The notes under the pieces are model-generated. The model was not told the DNA's origin. It was given only the letters and a program-made list of their open reading frames with translations, and did not search any database. This document shows, piece after piece, positions 11,501-24,064 of a stretch of DNA of 64,000 bases. The DNA comes from Cenococcum geophilum (Eukaryota): positions 28,644,001 through 28,708,000 of the forward strand of contig CP158635.1 in the NCBI GenBank assembly GCA_050273025.1, given 5' to 3'. Numbering within the stretch: position 1 is the first letter of the stretch; every line of letters begins with the position of its first letter. The translations under genes and the position numbers were made by a program.

Positions 11501-14500
11501 GTTAGGAAAAGTAGAGGCCCACAGAACTAAAGGGAGCCAGTAGTAGAGCCTTAAACCCTTAAAGGAATTTAAGGACGATACCTAAATTTATAAGTTAAAT
11601 GGCAAGATTAGTAGTTTAAAGCGCTAATAGATAGTGGAGCAACGTAAAACTATATCTTACTAGCAGTAGTTAAGAGAATGGGATTACCTTACAGATAAAA
11701 GGAGTAACCTTACCTATTAGTTATAATTTTAGGAGATTTAATAGCCTACGGAGGAGGGATTATTAACCTTAAAATAGGACCTATTTAGATAACTATTAAA
11801 GGGAGACAAATTAAAATGTCTTTTAATATCCTACTATTAGGACAGGATAAGGCAGTATTAGGAATGCCTTAGTTACAGGAATATAATCTAAAGATTAACT
11901 AGATTACAGGTTAGGTCGATATTAAAGATACTTAACGCCGCAAAATATAATAGTAAACTAAGTTGGTATAGTACTAAGTGGGAGTAATATATAAAGAGAC
12001 TAAGTAAGGCTTAAGTTATATACCAAAGAGATACTATAAGTATGGTAAGAAACTATAATTACTAAAAAGTAAGAAGGTGTTAGAGTACGCAGTATAGGAC
12101 TATAAGATAGAATTAGAACTAGAAATAAGTCTAAGGTTCTTTCCAATCTATAAGCTTACTAAAGAAAAAGGTAGAGTACTAAAAGAGTTTATCTAGGAAA
12201 ACTTATAAAAGGGATATATTAAACCATTATAGTTATTAGCGGGATATCCAGTACTGTTTATATTAAAGAAAAATAACAAACTAAGGTTATGTATCGACTA
12301 TAGACAGTTAAATAGTATTACTAGAAAGGATAGGTATCCTTTACCCTTAATTAGCGAAATCTAAGACCGGATAGGCAACGCGTAAATCTTTACAAAGATA
12401 GATCTAAGATAGGCGTACCATTAGATTAGAATTAAGGAAGGCGACAAATAAAAGGCAGCCTTTAGATTAAAGGAAGGACTATATAAGCTATTAGTTATAT
12501 AATTTAGGCTTATAAACGCACTAGTAACGTTTTAGAAGTGTATTAATAATATATTAGGAGAACACTTAGATAAATTCGTTATAGTATACCTTAATAATAT
12601 TATTATCTACTTAATAACTAAGGAAGAATACGGGGAATACGTTAAATGGGTTTTAAAGAGACTATAGAAGGAATAGATGCTAGTAGTAATTAAGAAATAC
12701 AAGTTCTTTATAAGGAAAACTAATTTTATTAAATTTATTATTAAACTAGGCCAACTTAATATAGATTTAAAGAAGATCGAGGCTATAGTAAATTGGTAAG
12801 AACTAGAGAACGTTATATAGTTAAGATCATTTCTAAGGTTTTGTAATTACTGTAGAAGGTTTATAGCATAATAGTTAAAGAATATTAAACTATTTATACG
12901 GTTAATAAAGAAAGAAGAGCTATAGGCATAGGAAGAGGAATAGTGGAAATTGTTTAAAGAAGTTAAAAGGTTATTTACCTAAGAGCCAGTTCTTAAGATC
13001 TATTAACTAGGACTAAAGATGGTTATAGAAACGGATATATTAGACTTTATACTAGGGGCATACTTTATATAGAAATATTAAGATGGATAGCACCTAGTAG
13101 CATATTATAGTAGGAAGATAACACTATTAGAGTTAAACTATAACATCTATAATAAGGAGTTATTAGGTATAGTTACAGCATTTAAAAAATAGAGAGCATT
13201 CTTATAAGGTATAGAGAAACTATTTATAGTTAAAACGGATTATAGGAACCTAATAGGATTTCTAATAATAAAGGAACTATAAGAGGCTAGCCTAACTAAA
13301 ACGTATAATTATCTAATCAATAGTGTCACCGGTAAGTAGAAGGTAAGTTAAAGGTAAGTAGAAGGTAAGTTAAAGGTAAGTTAAAGGTAGAATAAGTTTT
13401 ATATATTAAAGGACAAATACTTCTAACTACTTCTATTTAGAGACTAATTGCTAGTTTTTCTCTAGAGGAGAACTAGCTCCTTATATAATCCTTCTAAAAC
13501 GCTAGTAAAACCCTTTACTTTTTATCTATTTAACTGTATTTTCTAGGACGTAGATGGAATATAGATAAGATCTCCTTTTGTCTTATCTAATATGTACCTT
13601 TTAGGGAATTCCGTTATAATTGCCTCCCCTTTAAGGGTCTTAGTCCTCTAAGACTTCGCCTTTACTAAGCTTTTATAGAGTTCTAGCTAAAACTACTAGG
13701 GAAATTCTTAGTGGAAAGGTACTCTATAATGCGGCTTATAGCTAGTTTTTTACTAGTATAGAACCTTACTTTGTCCTTAGTTCCTCTGCTTTTTCTTACT
13801 ATAGTTCCTTATAATGCCTTTGTAATGGAACTAAAATAATAATAATAAAAATTGGATAGGATTTACCCTTCTTATTATAAGAGTTTGTTATAAATTAATC
13901 TGGAGGTTGTCCTATATAACGCGTCTATAAGCTACTATCCCTATTTACCTAAAATAGGTTCTGATAATGACGTCTTAATTTTAATTTTCTTCCAGTTTAT
14001 AAGCTGTCGCCTCTTATACGTCTTTTTATTAATAACACCATTTGTCTTATCTCTTAGTAGACTATTTCCTCTATATCTCCGCTTTTAGCTTCCGTGTCTC
14101 TAGCTATTCTTTTATAGCTACTTTATTCTCTTTTTATAATACGTTTATAAGTAATAGAATCCTTACCTTATCTCTTATAACGATGCTAACTTCTTAGAGT
14201 ATTCTCTTATAATAGCTCGTGGTTCTTCTACGCGTCCCTAGACCGGCGGTAGTGTTATTTCTCTTTTAATAACGCCCTAGACAGCATCTATTACTCCTAC
14301 GGCAGTTTCCCTAAAATGCTATTATTGCTGCGTTTATACTCTTATGTAGAATCCTTTCCACGTCTATAAGATGCCTTACTTTAGCAAAAACAAATCTAAG
14401 TGCTTCTATTGCTGTAGTAGGAGAAAGACCTACGTCCTAGTATTTCCTATCCCGTCTTATTCTAGATTTCGCTAATTATACTAAATCCCCACTGTCTATA

Positions 14501-16154
14501 CGTATAAGACTCGCAGGCTCTAATACGCTATCTAAGATTTCCGCTAGTATCCTAATAGTAATAGGCGGGGACAAAAGGTGTCTTCCCTTACTCGCAGACT
14601 TTTTAATTTAATAAGGGTTTCTACTGCTATAGAGACGCAACGTTCTCGGATATATAGTGTCTAAAAGCATATATACGAACAGCTTGTCCTTATTAATAAT
14701 AATATTTATATTCTTACGCGGGCTACTTTAGCTAGGTAAGTTTCTCTAGTAACTTACTTAGGAACTATACTAACTCCTTTAGCTAATATCTCTCTAATCC
14801 CTGCTTAGACGCCAATTTAGAACCTAAAAATACTAAGGATAGTAATAAACGTTAAGATAAACGTTCTCCTCGCTAGTTTTCTGCCTATGCTAGTTTTTTT
14901 AGTACCTATTGTTCTAAGAAGAATATTAGTGAAAGTACTAATAATTCTAGGGATGGAGGAGCCGATAATACCGTTAATAATAACGTTAAGATAGAAGAGG
15001 AGGCTCCTATTACTGCTGCTGGTATTTAAGTTATTACCTAGCTCTTTCCTTTTTCTTATAAAATAGCTTTATATAGTGCTTCTTGGGTGCCTCTAGAATG
15101 CCCTATTATTGGGAATTAACTTTATACTTTAGGGATGCCTTTATTTTAAGCTTCGGTGACAATTCTTATAAAGGTAGTATACTACTATAATCCCTATATA
15201 TAATAAACGGGTAGTATTCCTATAGGTGCTTTATAATTTTTTAAAATTTATAATTTTTTATAGGCTGTCCTTTTGCTCCTCTTTATATTATTAACTCTAC
15301 TATATATCTCCGGTGCCAGACCAGATACTCTCCTTTTATCCCTAAGGGGTCCTTTTAAATCCTTAAGGCCTCTTCTTATATTACTACTACTTATTCTTAA
15401 ATAGCGTCTTCTTTAGATAGTATCCCTAGTAGTTCTCCTATAGGTCCTATAGGCTTCCCCTTACAGGGTTCTAGGATCCCTATTATAATGGCGAAACGTT
15501 TTCGTTCTTAATACCTGTGCTTAACCTTATAGTTTTAATTTATAGGGTCTTCCCTATTATCTTGTCTATGGTATATCCGGAACCGTTACTAAATCTTTAC
15601 CTTTAGTTCTTAGGAAGGTTTTAATTACGGTGTTATATTCCGGCTAAAGGTACTCCTTAGGTTTCTAACTGTTATACGCCTAAAAATATCCTTCCTAATA
15701 AATTAAAAATTCGCGCTTCTTCTAGCGCTATCTTTAGTCTAGAATATCTTCTACATTCTATTCTAGTTCCCTATTAATTTTGCTAGGTAGGGGCGGTTCC
15801 GTACTATCTCTTCTCCAGTATAGCTCTAGTAAGGAAATATAAAATATGGGATATATTAGATAAGATTTCGGTAATTCTAATTTATAGGCTTGGTTTCCTT
15901 TAGTTTTTCTAACTATCTTAAAGGGTCCAAGCTACCGGTAATCCAGCTTCTTCTTAATGCGTTTTATTCGGATATTTTTTATAAATAGTAAGACTTCGTC
16001 TCCTATCTCGAATTCTTTCGGCATATGTTTTTTGTTATAGTACCTTTTTTACACGGCCTGGGCGTCTAGTAAGTACTTTTTAAGTTCCTCTCTACGAATT
16101 CTCATTTGCTTAATTCTTTTGGACGCCGCTAGTGCCTCCCTTTCGGGAACGATG

Positions 16155-19100
16155 TAGTGATCTTATTAGACTAGACTGGACTGGATTTTGATTTAAATCC
16201 ACTCCACTCTATAAAAGATAGGGTTTGGCTCCTAGAGCTCTAAGATAAATCTAATATAGTTATATAAGCAGTATATACTATAAATAGTAAGTCTTAGTAT
16301 ACTTCTAGGTTATTAATAGGGTAGCCGAACTTACTAAAAATCACCTATATTACATTATATCAGCAGCAGAAAGGCCCTCCTCATTATTAGCCTCATTGTC
16401 GCCCTCTAAAGCAGCCTCCTTAGCGAGTTCTTTGGCTAAAGCTTCCTTATCCTTATCATCTACCTAAGTAGCAGCCTCCGTAGCAACCGCGGTAGCAAGC
16501 TAAGCCTTAGCCTCCTCTTTAAGTAAGAGCTTTAGTGGCCGCGGCTCTCCCTCTACTTCGCTAATATCCTTATTATTAAATATGTCCTTTAGTAGAGGTC
16601 TATATCCATGCCAAAGACCCTTATTTACCTTAATTATATCTATCTATAGCTAAGAGCGTCGAGCCTTAAGGAGGATCTTGCAGCTACTAAATAGTTATTT
16701 ACATTCGTTGCTTATAAAAGGCACTGTAAGGATATTAAGGGCGAAGTAAGCAAGATTAGGCTAGCTTATATAGCGGTCCTGCCAGTACTATATAAGGTTA
16801 AAGTGTTTATACTCTTTAAGCTTAAGCTTGTTTATATATAGATACTTATTAAAGCAATTAATTAGAAAAGGCGCAGCAGCCTTATTATTTCGATGAACCG
16901 TTTTTAGGCGCTTATAATTTCGAGTAGAGGTATAGATCTTTACTTATTAAGGTTACTAAACTAGTGCTAAATCTGGTAAGGATAATTAGATAGATAAATA
17001 CTAGCCTTTATAATTAAGCCAGAGCTCCTTAATCTTCTGCTTAACGCTATTAATTTAATCCTTCTTAATAGGATATAGCCTCTAATAGTCCTTAAACCAC
17101 TACATCTTAAGCGTTGGATTAAGAACGATTGCTACATAGTACGCTGCTATATTATTAGCCTTATTATAGTACTTATTTCCCTTCTCCTATGCTGCTTCTA
17201 GATAGTCTACTAAGTATTAATAAGCTTAAGCATTAGTCTTCTTCCGTTTTTAAAGTAATTAAGTAAAAAGCTTAAGAAACTTATACTTAGTTAATAAGAG
17301 CTCCTTAAAAAGCCAATTTAGTATTTAAAAGTGGTTAGTAAAACTTGTTTAATTGCCCTCTACTATAATTATAGCCTTATAAAATGTCTTAAGGTAGTTA
17401 TAAAGGTGTTTAAGCTAGAGCCAGTGCTTTAGCTAGAGGAAGTTATCTCTAGTAAGCGCTCTAGCTTTATCGCTAGGTTTATAAGTCTTATAGAATATAG
17501 TAATTCGTTCTCTATAGTTTAAAAATCGTAAAATAGCTAAGAAAAGTAAGTTCTATCGCGTTTAGTTATTTTAAATAAGCTAGTAAATTATTAGTATCGC
17601 TTTTATAAGTAGTATTATAAGTTTAAATATTATAACCGTAAGGCTTAGATTGCAACCGTTAAGGGCGGTAGATATAAAATCCGATACTATAGCTAATTAG
17701 AGACTTACCTAACGTTCTGCTAAATAGTAAATCTTAATACTATAGCTCTATTATATATCTCTAGGCTATTAAATTCTAATAAAGGACCTCCTATTTAAAT
17801 CCTTTTAAAGAAACTATAACGCTAGGGGGTTATACGAATATACTAGACGAGATTTTAAAGTAAACTAACCGGTCCCTGCTTCTTCTAAAGCTCTTAAATC
17901 TTACTATAATTCTGATCGCGGTATATAGCTGCTATTTCTTTATAGATTTTATTAGCGTCTATTCTAATAATAAAAGCCTATATATAGAGGTTTATTATAT
18001 AGCCGAAGCAGCGAAGTTAATATACTTTTTATTTCTTTACTAACATTTTTAAATATAGGGCTTAAAGAACTACATTAATGTAGGTGTTATTTAACTTAGC
18101 GTTATCGGCTATAAAGAACCTAATATTGCCTGTAATTTTATAGTCCCTAAATAGAGCAACCAGAACAGCTGCTATATTCTTACTAGTATATTTACTAACG
18201 ACTTTACGAAGGCCTAATACTATATAGCGACGCTTACCGTCCTTATTTATAAAATAGGCAATAATACTAAGAATTATATAGCCGTTTGGTAAGGTTTATA
18301 GGTTAAAGGATATTAATATAGCGCTATAAGCGGCCTTTAGCTCTTTCCTTAGCAACTCCTTCCGTTACTCCCATTTGTTTATAACCTACAATTGTATTAT
18401 ATTTACTGCCTTTAGTAGGAACTTTTTAAGCCCAGGGTAGATAAAATATAGTAGCTTATAGAAGTAGACGTTTTTAAATTAGAAGAAGGTAATATAGCAG
18501 TAAATAATCCACTAAATAAGTAACTGCTTAAACCTCTTAAAGTTATAAGCTCTATTAAGCGACCTCTTCTTTAGATACTTATTAATTATTAGCTAGTTAG
18601 ATTTATTAGGTTTTTAGTAAGTATTAAGCATGCCCATTGTCTTATCTATATAGTAGTTATCTACTAGGTAGTCTATAGCAGTAGTCCTTTTAGATAATAC
18701 TATAAGCAGCTCCTGCTTATGCTATATTCGCTTATAAAAATAGTAGTAGTAATAAGCTATACCATTACTACCGGACTTTAATTAAATATCCTCCCCCCAC
18801 TTCTATATATGTGAGGTATGCTACTTTATATATTTCGGTCCTCTTATTAAGGCACTATATTAAATATAGTACTTATTATATAGCTTAAACTCCTCTACCT
18901 TTACTGCCTTATTATAAGCCGGATTAATTAATTTTAGAGTAAGGATAAAGTCGTTAGATATAGGAGGTAAGTAGTGCATAAGGTAACGCGTAATATTGGC
19001 CGCCATAATATTAGGCGAGGAAGGGAGGGAATAAAATACTAAAGCAGTAAGTATAAATGCAGGAGCAACAGCAGAGGATAAGTAGATGTCCTTAATTCTT

Positions 19101-19352
19101 ATAAATTATAAGACAGGAGCTTACTAACACTAAACGCCAGCGTCGCCGATTGGCTCTATTTAGCCTTAATACTAAGCACTAACTCCTTAGCGGCCTATTC
19201 TTCCTCCTAATTAGGTATAGAACTAGAGCTCTAGGAGCTTTAAACGAGTTAGATCTACTCTAATCCAGCCTTAAAATTAATAGCTCTAAATTTAATATAA
19301 AAAAGGATCTAACGTGGAGCTCTAGAGGCGCATTAGTCTAGTTAGATTACTA
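16155..19352 (-). mobile_element. hAT-superfamily DNA transposon, RIP-degraded, nested in the integrase of gypsy B
   Basis: Termini TAGTGATCT...AGATTACTA (RIPed CAGTGATC), 8-bp TSD GAACGATG/AAACGATG (16147-16154, 19353-19360). Minus-strand transposase remnants NL*TLPNG (D-W-TSPN), ADNAK, RCFGYIINL, TR*N (TRWNS) and a hAT dimerisation-like LALNILTVPFISNECK*LFS. Confidence 0.92.
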
Positions 19353-22300
19353 AAACGATGTCCTTAACATTCTAGGGGTTATTTACTTTTACCCCAAACA
19401 ATGCTTTATAAAGGGTCATTTTTGTGCTGCTATAGATACTTATATTATATATATGCTGCGCCAGAGCTAACTATAATGTCCAATTATCCTATTAATAATT
19501 AATATAGTAGCGGAAGTAGTGTTCTAATAACGTATTTAGACGCTTTATTAGCCCGTCTATTTACAGGTAGAAGGTAGTACTTATCCTTCGCCGTATTTTT
19601 AATAAGAGATAGAATAAAGACCAAAATATACTATTAAATACGGTACCTCTGTTAGATACAATTCCCCTTAGCATGCTAAATAAGAGCTACCGTTCTAAAA
19701 ACAGGTCTGCTAGTTCTGCTACCATGATTATTATTATAACAGTAAAGTATCCTAAAAACTTTATATACCTATTGACGATTACTAGGATAGCGTTAGCAAC
19801 CTCTCTAGTTCTTATTTTAGTAGGGGGTAAGCCTATAATAAAATCTATTGTTAATTCTAATATAGGTCCCTATAGAATAGGAAGCACTAATAACTCGCTA
19901 TATAGGCGATGCCTAGATATCTATATCCTTTAGCATATATTACACCTTAATATATAGTCCTTAACCTCTTTAGACATTCTATCCCAAAAGTATTTCCTTT
20001 AAACGGCCTTAAGGGTTCTATTAGCACCGTAGTGACCCCTAAAAGGGTTATTGTGGAAGACCTTTAGAATTTTATCTTAAATCGCTTGGTCCTTTAGGAT
20101 ATATACAGCACCCTTAAAGCGCAACAGACCCTTTTAGTCTTACTGCTATAGCTTCTTAATAACTCTAGCTAAGTTAGTCTCCACTATATTTTTCCACCTC
20201 TCCCTAGAGGTAAAGGCGTCCCTTTATTAAGCTTAAAGAAGAAGATCCGGAAAGGTTTTATATAGATTACTTACTTCTATTTCGCCTACTGCTATTATAG
20301 ACTTAAGGTATAGTACAAGACGTTTTAAACTATTAGTACTAGTAGATTCTCTTACTATTATATAGTGTGCCACGCTGCGGATAGGCATCTTGCCTATTCC
20401 CCTTAGATCCGAAAACTTATAGCTAATGCGCCGTTAAGTTAAAGGTACCGTAATACCTCTAGCATATTCTATAGAATTCTTGCTAATTTTAGGGTACGCT
20501 AACTTTATAATATCTGCTTAGTTTATAACCTAGTCTATAACTATATCCTACGGCTCTATAATCTTATCGCTTTATAGCTGCATTACTAGAACCTCTGCCC
20601 TACTGCGAAATTCTATAGTTCTAGGGAAAGAGTCTTCTTTCTTTCTAAGCAAATTTTATAATATAGGGATTATTTCCCCTATACTGTCCTAGATCCTCCC
20701 TATTTTATAATCTAAACGTCTTAATAACCTATTAGCAGGATTTGTCTTTCCTAGGCAGTACATAATTTTAAAGTTATACTATAATAGTGCCTCTACTTAT
20801 CTCACTTATTAACCGCTTAACACCTTTATAGTTATAAAGTATTTTAGGTTGTTATAGTCTGTAAGGACTTTAATAGGATAATTACTTCCTATATAATAAT
20901 ATCGCCAGTGCTTTATTACTGTAATTATTGTAAGTAACTCCTAGTTGTGTGTTATATAACGCTACTTTATAGGGGTTATTTTCTTTAACTAAAACGCTAT
21001 AGGATGCCATTCTCCATCTTTTAATTAAGATATAATTGCCCCTAGGGTAAAGCCAAATATATCTATTTTAAGGTATATATATAGCTTCTAGTAGAAGTAT
21101 ATTAGGATAGGCGCCGATATAAATAAATCCTTTAACCGGTCTATTGCCTATTTAGTAGCTTCCCTAAATATAAAGGGTCCTAACTTCTTACCATTTTTAG
21201 ATTCTTTTAGTAGATTAGTAATTAGGAGTATTACTTATAAATAGTAAATAATAAACCTTCGGTAGAAGTTCGCCGTGCCTAAGAAAACCTATACTTCTCT
21301 AAACGTTATAGGGTATGGCTATTCCCTAATAGCGTCTACCCGGCTTTTCTCTATTAACACTCTATTAACGCTAATAATAAAGCCCAGAAAATTAATGCTA
21401 GTAATATAGAAAGAGCATTTTTTTAGGTTTATATAGAGCTTATATTTCCATAGTCTTTCTAGTACTATTTATATATAGTGCGTATATACTTCGTAGTTAT
21501 TAGAGTAGACTATAATGTTATTAAGGTAGACTATATATATCGTATCTAACAGGCCCGATAATGCCTTATTAATATAGGCCTAAAATATTACCGGTGCGTT
21601 AGTGAGCCTAAATGGCATTACTAGGTACTTAAAGTGGCCGTACTATATTTAGAACGCCGTTTTCTACTTATTACCGGCTTTAATCCGTATTCAATAGTAT
21701 ACATCTTTTAGATCTAGTTTTATAAATATTTTTATATCCAACAGCCTATTAATAAGCTCCCCTATTAAGGGTAGCGGATAGCGATTCTTTATAGTAATCC
21801 TATTAAGCACTTAATAGTTAATATAGAGGCGAAGGGTCCTGTCCTTCTTTAGTATAAATATAATTAGTACCCCTACCGGGCTTATAGAGGGCCAAATCTA
21901 TCCTTTTTAAAGATTGTCTACTATATACTAACGTAATACGGCTAGCTTGTTTTCTAATAAGTTATATAGTAGTCCAAAAGGAGGTTACTTATCCCCTATA
22001 TCTATTTTATACTTAACTAACATAGGGTTAAGTAAGGTTTATGCAGCCTCTTTATTAGAAACCTCTTCTAGGTCCATATATTTCTGCGGAATCTCTAGTT
22101 TCTTAACTGTGTATAGCCGGACATTTAAAAATAAATACCCTATGTCTTTATTCTTAGGGTTAAGAGTAGTATATATAGTATATGCCTACCCTTCTTCTTA
22201 TATATAGCTTAGGAAAGTCTCTTAATTCTTAACTATAATATGTAATTAAGACTTCTAGTGTTAATACAAGGCTAAAGGCCAATTAATGTCTAGGTTAACT

Positions 22301-23932
22301 TGGTGAAGCTATAGGTATCCTAAAATAAGGTTATACCCCTTAATTTCTACAACATAGAAGCGTATCTCCTATATATTTTATAAACTATTACGGTCCTAGC
22401 TAGTAATAGGAAACGTTTATTCCCTATAGTACGGAATCTAGTAGCCTCTAATACTTTAAATAGTGCACACCTGCGAGCCGCTAAGGTCCAAATCTAATTC
22501 TTTTACTAGTAATTAAGAAATAAACCCTATACTCGCGCCACTATCTATAAGGCAGTCTTATATTACCTATTTATTATTAACTTAAATAGAGACAGGAATA
22601 ACTATATAGTAGTTTACTTTCTCCTTCTCTTACTAGCCTAGTATAAGGGAGTAAAGATCTACTAGGCTGTCTCTTTTCCTAATTAGGCCAACTCTTACTT
22701 CTTTTACCGGCAGAAGCGGCTTATATAGCCCTTCTTACCGCAGTTATAATAGGTGCGTGTCTCCCAGTTCCCCTTTTACGGATTAGGTCTCTGCCTATTA
22801 TTATTTTAGGGTTAACCAGCATTACTCTAGGGCTACGAGGCCTACTTATATTGTCTTTCTATAGAGCGGTTAGGTTGGAATCTACCCCTATTATTAAAGC
22901 TAGGTCTAGTCCTACGCTCTTTATTATTGGCGTCTTGTTCCTTTCGCTTGCCTAAATAGTCTCTTTTAGTATTCTTAATCCGAGTAGCTTTAGAGATAAG
23001 CTTTTCTTAAAAGGTAGGAATTTCGCCCTTCTCTTATATGGCCTATTAAATCTTAGGTTATAGCTTAGTAAGTAGCTAGTAAAGTTATATAGCGTTATCC
23101 TATAGATCTAAGTAGGGTATATTATCTTCTAGTTCTTTTAAGTAGTTTATAAACTAGACCACAGTCTAACTATCCCGCTGTTTAGCGTTATGGTATTACT
23201 AGTTATAGTCTATCTCTTAATTAGTAGGGTTTTAGACCTAATTAACTAACTAGGTCTTAAGTTCGCTAAATTTAAAGGGTATAGTAAGTTTCTTCTCATA
23301 GCGTATCTATAAACTCTCAACGGTGCCACGTAGGAAGGTAGAAGTAATTAATGTCTAATTATATTTATTAGAGTAACGTTTTAGATCTAGCTAAAACTTA
23401 GTTTTATATTAATAGATAAAACAATTACAGTTTCGGAGACTATTACTATAGTACTTATTAGGTTCCTTTATGCGAAATTTAGGGTTTTCTAATATTATAG
23501 TGTAGTGTGGCATTACCCCTTTAAGTCCGCTTTATGTCTGGGATGTCTATACTTCCCCTAATTGTTCTTGCAATTGTTCTTAGTAGTCTTAATATACTTA
23601 TCTTAATTATATCTCCAACTCCTTTGTTTTTTATAGGGTCTCGTATAGCGACCTCTCTAATAATTCCCTAGCGGTAATTGTTTTTAAGGGTCTTGTAAAG
23701 TTAGACGGATTAGCTATAGCTTCCTAGTCTACTCTTTTATAAGTAGAGGGAATGCGCTCCTCTAAGGAGACTCTCTAAGCCTTCTGCGATGAGGGCGTTG
23801 CTTTATAGGGTATAGGAGTATAGTCCGTTATTGTTAATTAATAGCCGTACGTTCCTAACAGATTATAAGCAATTAGAATTGTAAGAGGCCAGCCTAACCA
23901 GAACGTATAATTATCTAATTAACAGTGTTACT

Positions 23933-24064
23933 AGTAAGTAGAAGGTAAGTTAAAGGTAAGTAGAAGGTAAGTTAAAGGTAAGTAGAAGGTAAGTTAAAGG
24001 TAAGTAGAAGGTAAGTTAAAGGTAAGTAGAAGGTAAGTTAAAGGTAAGTAGAAGGTAAGTCGAA
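23933..24064. repeat. 11-bp minisatellite (GGTAAGTAGAA/GGTAAGTTAAA) x12 inside the LTR of gypsy B
   Basis: Counted directly. The sister LTR has 5 units (13331-13385), which accounts exactly for the 77-bp LTR length difference (418 vs 341 bp). Confidence 0.95.
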
